In this document: in pieces, positions 59,588-64,000 of the stretch
Position numbering within the stretch: position 1 is the stretch's first letter
Layout: each line of letters begins with the position of its first letter
Source of the DNA: Histomonas meleagridis 2922-C6/04-290x
Taxonomy: Eukaryota; Protista; Parabasalia
Assembly (NCBI GenBank): GCA_020184695.1
Contig: JAANOX010000258.1
Location: 434,001 to 498,000, forward strand
Direction: 5' to 3'
Length of the DNA stretch: 64,000 nt
The notes under the pieces: model-generated
The model's input: only the letters and a program-made list of their open reading frames with translations
What the model was told of the DNA's origin: nothing
Database searches by the model: none
Made by a program: the position numbers and the translations under genes

Positions 59588-59950
59588 TTTGGCTGTATCG
59601 TTGCATAAAACTTTGGACAACAAATTTGCAATCGCCCTCTGTCTGTTAACATTTCGTACCAATAAAAATAGTCTATTTTATGTATATAGAATAAGTGATT
59701 GAATTTACATCGCTGCCATCATATCAATGTTGATCTCTTAATATAAATTTCTGGAACAAAACCTAAATTCTAATTAGAAGCAAACTCTTGTTCAAACAAA
59801 ATTGATTTCCATGGAATTGGTTTACTTCTATTGTCAATGATTTACCAAGAATCAAATTATGTATACATAATTTTCTTCAGTATCACAGAAAGAGACAATT
59901 TATTACTTAAAAAAAAGCATATAAAAGTTTATTAAAACAATAATTTCTAA

Positions 59951-61678
59951 TTACTTATTCCACTCAGGTTTAAAATATTTAAATTCCTTTTTCACATTTT
60001 TGTTTTTTTCTTCTTTTTTCTTCGGCACTTTAAATCTCTCGTACAAGTACATAGCTGCTAATCCTATATCATCTACATTAAGCTTCGCCATGAACTTTGA
60101 GAAGCTGTCCATTATCACAGGCGTAGTAATTTCTTCCAAAGTTCCAATTTCGTTAAATATTAATATTAAAATTGCGGCCGTAAAATATGAAAACCAATTT
60201 GGCGGGTCAGGGGAAGTCGATAACTTTGTCCACACGGACCATACGTCATCAAATGACCTCTTAAATAGAAGAACAAAGTCGGAGTACATCCACAAAAGAT
60301 TTTGTAAATTATTCTTTCGTAACCAAATTGATGCAAGAGGTGATACCTCAGATAAAATACTAAACACTACACCGGTCATCTTTTCACACTCTGTGGCTAT
60401 GTCGTTGAGCATTTTCATGTGATGAAGATGTTGAAGCATTGAATCAAATGACCAAAAAATTCGTGGAAGATATTGCTCATAACCATTTTCGGTAACAGGG
60501 CTACTGCTTTCATCCCATTTTGGAATAAAGGCAAGTAAAATTGGTACAAATAAATCATTCATTCCTTGAAGATAACCAATCGGCGGATTGTAAATAGTAT
60601 AAGTACGTAAAAGATCTGTAAGGATTTTTAGGCCAATGCCATTTTCTTTTTTAAATGCAGAAAGCTGACGATCTGTTCGTAATATGTCATGATGAATAAC
60701 TCTAAATGCAGCATACATTTTCTTGTTATTACTGACTTGTTGAGGTTGATAAGATTTGGTCTGACGCAAAAGAACATCGAACTCATGATCTAATTGGAGA
60801 TTAATATCATTTCGTTCAGAAGAAGTCGAGTCACTTTTGTGTAAACCAAAGATAAATGGAATAACATCGGGAAGAAGTGATGCCTCAACGCCAGAATGGT
60901 AAATACGGTTCTTGATATGGTCGAAATCAGTAAGGCGCCCATCAGAATCAAAGAAGTTTTGCCATTCAGTATTTGTCAATGGTGGTTGTTGAGTTGAATT
61001 TTTGATGTAATTAATGATTTCATCAAGAACTCTTTGGTGAGATGCACGCGCTGCTGTTAGAAATGGATAGCTAGGATCGTTAGGAATAGTGTTGCTGATG
61101 TCTAATTGAGAAAATAGTGATTGAACAAATACGTGGAATTTTTTCCATATTCTTTCAAGAGAACCCTCGTTTCTATCAACAATAAGGTGTATGTTGGTTG
61201 GTTTATAAGGAAATACGCCATTGTGGCAATGATGATAAAATTCCATGGAAAAAATTTCATTCTTATCTAGAGCATCTGGTGGTGATGGAACTGCGATTCC
61301 ATTGATAACGAGCTCTTCCAAAAATTTGGTGAAAGAAAGTATGTGTTCACACTTTTTGAATTCAAAAGAATTAATAATATGACTATTTGTGTATGTAAAG
61401 ATAATCATTATATTTTCTTTATTTGACTCTGTTACTTGAATTTCCTTGATATTGGAACAGTTTATTTTTGAAGGATTACTTGAAGAAAAATCGATATAAA
61501 ATAAATCATTTTCCCTAATAAGAGATAATTTTCCTTCATATTTCTTAAAAAAAGCGGAAATTTCTGTTGCTTGATCAATGACAGCCAGGATCATTTGATT
61601 TTCATTTCCTGTTTCTATCATTGTTTGCCTTGGGAAAAACGGTTTGACAAAATTAACGTGCAAATTCATTTTTCCCAT
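59951..61678 (-). CDS. TBC-domain Rab GTPase-activating protein (Gyp7/TBC1D15-like)
   Basis: WQNFFDSDGRL, IYHSGV, IHHDILRTDR (IxxDxxR) and IGYLQGMNDL (YxQ finger). Confidence 0.85.
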   Translation of the reverse strand: MGKMNLHVNFVKPFFPRQTMIETGNENQMILAVIDQATEISAFFKKYEGKLSLIRENDLFYIDFSSSNPSKINCSNIKEIQVTESNKENIMIIFTYTNSHIINSFEFKKCEHILSFTKFLEELVINGIAVPSPPDALDKNEIFSMEFYHHCHNGVFPYKPTNIHLIVDRNEGSLERIWKKFHVFVQSLFSQLDISNTIPNDPSYPFLTAARASHQRVLDEIINYIKNSTQQPPLTNTEWQNFFDSDGRLTDFDHIKNRIYHSGVEASLLPDVIPFIFGLHKSDSTSSERNDINLQLDHEFDVLLRQTKSYQPQQVSNNKKMYAAFRVIHHDILRTDRQLSAFKKENGIGLKILTDLLRTYTIYNPPIGYLQGMNDLFVPILLAFIPKWDESSSPVTENGYEQYLPRIFWSFDSMLQHLHHMKMLNDIATECEKMTGVVFSILSEVSPLASIWLRKNNLQNLLWMYSDFVLLFKRSFDDVWSVWTKLSTSPDPPNWFSYFTAAILILIFNEIGTLEEITTPVIMDSFSKFMAKLNVDDIGLAAMYLYERFKVPKKKEEKNKNVKKEFKYFKPEWNK

Positions 61679-61831
61679 TTTTTTCGAGCTCTTAATGCTT
61701 TTCAAGATGACTTCTCTGGGGAATCAAAGAACATTTGTGCGAAAGACATAAAATTTATGTTATATCGAAAAATCGAATCAATTTTTAATAAGAAACTTGA
61801 TTCATCCCAAATTAGGAATTTAAATGTATAC

Positions 61832-62392
61832 TTATGCTGCATCTTGAGGGATGGGTTGGAGAAATCTAAGATTAGGGACGTCTGATACTTTGATTTCAGT
61901 TGCTTCATTTAATGGTTTTGCTAAAATAGATTTAGTGGTCTCTAGCATTGATTCTATTTCCTGCGTTTTTGAAACAATTAATGGGTTAGATGAAATTTGA
62001 TCAAATTTTTCTTGTGTGTACATCAACCCACAATACAATAAGTTTACGAAATCCTTTGTTCCAGCGATTGACAATATGTCTCCCTTTGCATATTTAACAC
62101 TTAGGTATTGGAATGGTTTATCTGTTTCTTTTGTTTCTTCAATTGTTACAGATGAGATTTCGGTCTTGTTGTCAGTGTCATCTTTTGATTTAGAGTCAGA
62201 CGAGTGTTGGAATACTATTTGCCAAGATTGAGGATCAATCCTAACCTGAGATTTCCTTTCCTTTTTCCAGTTGCTACTCTTGTTCCCATCTGCGCGGATG
62301 TAAGTGCAATCGTTCCAGTTCATGCACGCAGAAAGAATATATCTACGAGTGAAGAATGCAGCATCCTGGAGCTGTCCACTTTTTTCAACCAT
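61832..62392 (-). CDS. Hypothetical protein, possibly PH-like fold
   Basis: 186-aa ORF with a beta-rich middle followed by an amphipathic helix (DFVNLLYCGL); no firm family match. Confidence 0.45.
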   Translation of the reverse strand: MVEKSGQLQDAAFFTRRYILSACMNWNDCTYIRADGNKSSNWKKERKSQVRIDPQSWQIVFQHSSDSKSKDDTDNKTEISSVTIEETKETDKPFQYLSVKYAKGDILSIAGTKDFVNLLYCGLMYTQEKFDQISSNPLIVSKTQEIESMLETTKSILAKPLNEATEIKVSDVPNLRFLQPIPQDAA

Positions 62393-62942
62393 TTGGAATT
62401 TTGTCGGAGGTTATTTAACGATAACACTTAGTAAGAATAATACGACCAGATATCAATTCAAAATATAAAATTTACAACATGAATTTCTTTATTTGAATAT
62501 TATTGGGATAAACAAGTGACTAAAGTTTAGAGATAAGCACAATATATAACTTTTCTCGCTAAGTAGAACTTTCAAGATCAAGTGATATAAAATCAACGTT
62601 TATATTAAAGCATTGATATGTAATTTAGCCTAGGATAAGTAAGATTTGTATGTGGAATTTAGAAAAAAAAAAAAAAAAATGTATTTTAATATTTGAATTT
62701 GAATCGTTGCCAGCATAATGACTTCCAATGAAAAGATTCGAATCTTTTTAGTGTCGTTGTGAAAACATGTTTTTGATAAAATTTAAAAAATAGAAAAATC
62801 TATGTTAAATAGATTTAATAAAAAATACAGAAAGTAATTTGCTGCATGATTCTTAATTAATTATTATTAATAATTAATTATTTATTTTCATAAGCTAAAA
62901 ACTTGTAAAAACAAGAACATTTTATTTAATTCTATTTAATTA

Positions 62943-64000
62943 TCATCTATATTGTTCTACGATCTTTATACTTCTTGTAATTTTTTCTATCAGGTACATT
63001 TCACCATTCTGTGTTCCAGCCAAAAACGACAAATTAATTTGCATCATATGAATTTTTTCATTTGATTCCACAGCGACAATTGACAAAGGAATTACGAAAT
63101 TATTTTGATCATTTGTTTTCAATTCCATTTGTCGTGACAAAAACTCTTTATTAATCCTATTAGAAAAGAAAGAGATCTGATAAAAAGCGTTAATTTCTAT
63201 TCCGCTTTTATTTATCAAATCGCCCGTCAACTCAATCGTGAAATTTCTACTGTTATTCGGGCTATTAATTATAAAAATTGGATCCACAAATTTAACATTG
63301 TTCACATACAAAACGGGATCATACCTATAAAAAGCCAAAGGAATTTTAATGTTATACATAGCCTCATTATTAAACTCATAAATCCCTAACTCAAAAGAAT
63401 TCAAAAGTCTTTTAGCGTTTTCACATATTTCTTGTGTAATTTCTCGTGAAATTGGATCAACGCTTTGATGTAAATTTAATGTCGAAGTTGATAATGAAGT
63501 TGAAAGTTGACGAAGATCATCGACATATGTAACATATGTTAACTCATACTTCGGCTGTGGCATGGAATATAATATTTCGGCTTGAAAGCAAATCGATTCG
63601 ATGTAAAATAAAGTGTCACAAAACATTTGTTGGAAATCGCTATGTTCAATTTGCTTGAACGCAGATGATGATTGCTCAAAATAGTCAGCGGCCATAGAAT
63701 GTTCACCGTTGGCTCTTGCATTTAGTCCTTTTGAGACTAATTCAAATGCTTCCGCAAGTGGATTTGATTTACAATACAAAAACATGTTGGCTGCTTTGCT
63801 ATATTCGCCGATTTCTAAGAAGGTGATTCCACTTTCAAAGGTGTCGTTGGGGTTTATTGTGAACTTTTGTTGATTTTTATTTAAATGCAATAATGATAAT
63901 TTTAACTTGGCATATATCTTTGTCTCGGGCTTTAAATTAAGATTTTCGACATAAAGTCGCGCTATTTCATTAGTTTCATCGTCAAACATAAGGAAAAATT
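62943..64000 (-). CDS. Helical-repeat (TPR-like) protein, probably 5'-truncated by the window end
   Basis: ORF 62943-63989; the frame stays open upstream of the ATG to the window edge; FLEIGEYSKAANMF and EHSMAADYFEQS TPR-like helices with a beta-rich C-terminus. Confidence 0.5.
   Translation of the reverse strand, partial: FFLMFDDETNEIARLYVENLNLKPETKIYAKLKLSLLHLNKNQQKFTINPNDTFESGITFLEIGEYSKAANMFLYCKSNPLAEAFELVSKGLNARANGEHSMAADYFEQSSSAFKQIEHSDFQQMFCDTLFYIESICFQAEILYSMPQPKYELTYVTYVDDLRQLSTSLSTSTLNLHQSVDPISREITQEICENAKRLLNSFELGIYEFNNEAMYNIKIPLAFYRYDPVLYVNNVKFVDPIFIINSPNNSRNFTIELTGDLINKSGIEINAFYQISFFSNRINKEFLSRQMELKTNDQNNFVIPLSIVAVESNEKIHMMQINLSFLAGTQNGEMYLIEKITRSIKIVEQYR

Overview
AT-rich eukaryotic DNA read with the standard genetic code. 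The gene content (BspA-type LRR, DUF3447-type ankyrin family, M60-like surface peptidase, M3-like core-promoter motifs, no recognisable spliceosomal introns) points to a parabasalid/trichomonad; this is an inference. Recognisable genes are RUVBL1 (2 copies), an RCC1-repeat protein (2), an NT-C2-like protein (2), and single Vps8-like, CAND1-like, BspA-like, M60-like, GT61-like, HECTD4-like giant, SPEF2-like, bacterial-type GNAT, CTU2-like and TBC Rab-GAP genes. The left two-thirds is a nested inverted duplication: 1-~8.7 kb pairs with ~34.4-43.1 kb, and ~9.7-12.76 kb pairs with ~22.5-25.26 kb. Many frameshifts fall in homopolymers and differ between copies, so they look like long-read errors. 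The most striking signal is in the ankyrin genes. Each intact 90-nt (30-aa) ankyrin module is separated from the next, always between ...INAKD and TAL..., by an A/U-rich intervening sequence of almost fixed length. It is exactly 80 nt in 11 cases, including a highly diverged paralog, with a 63-nt in-frame variant. These inserts break the frame, sometimes contain stops, and have no in-frame GT-AG solution. They suggest an uncharacterised removal or recoding mechanism (non-canonical splicing, -1 frameshifting or bypassing) that needs transcript or proteome data to resolve.
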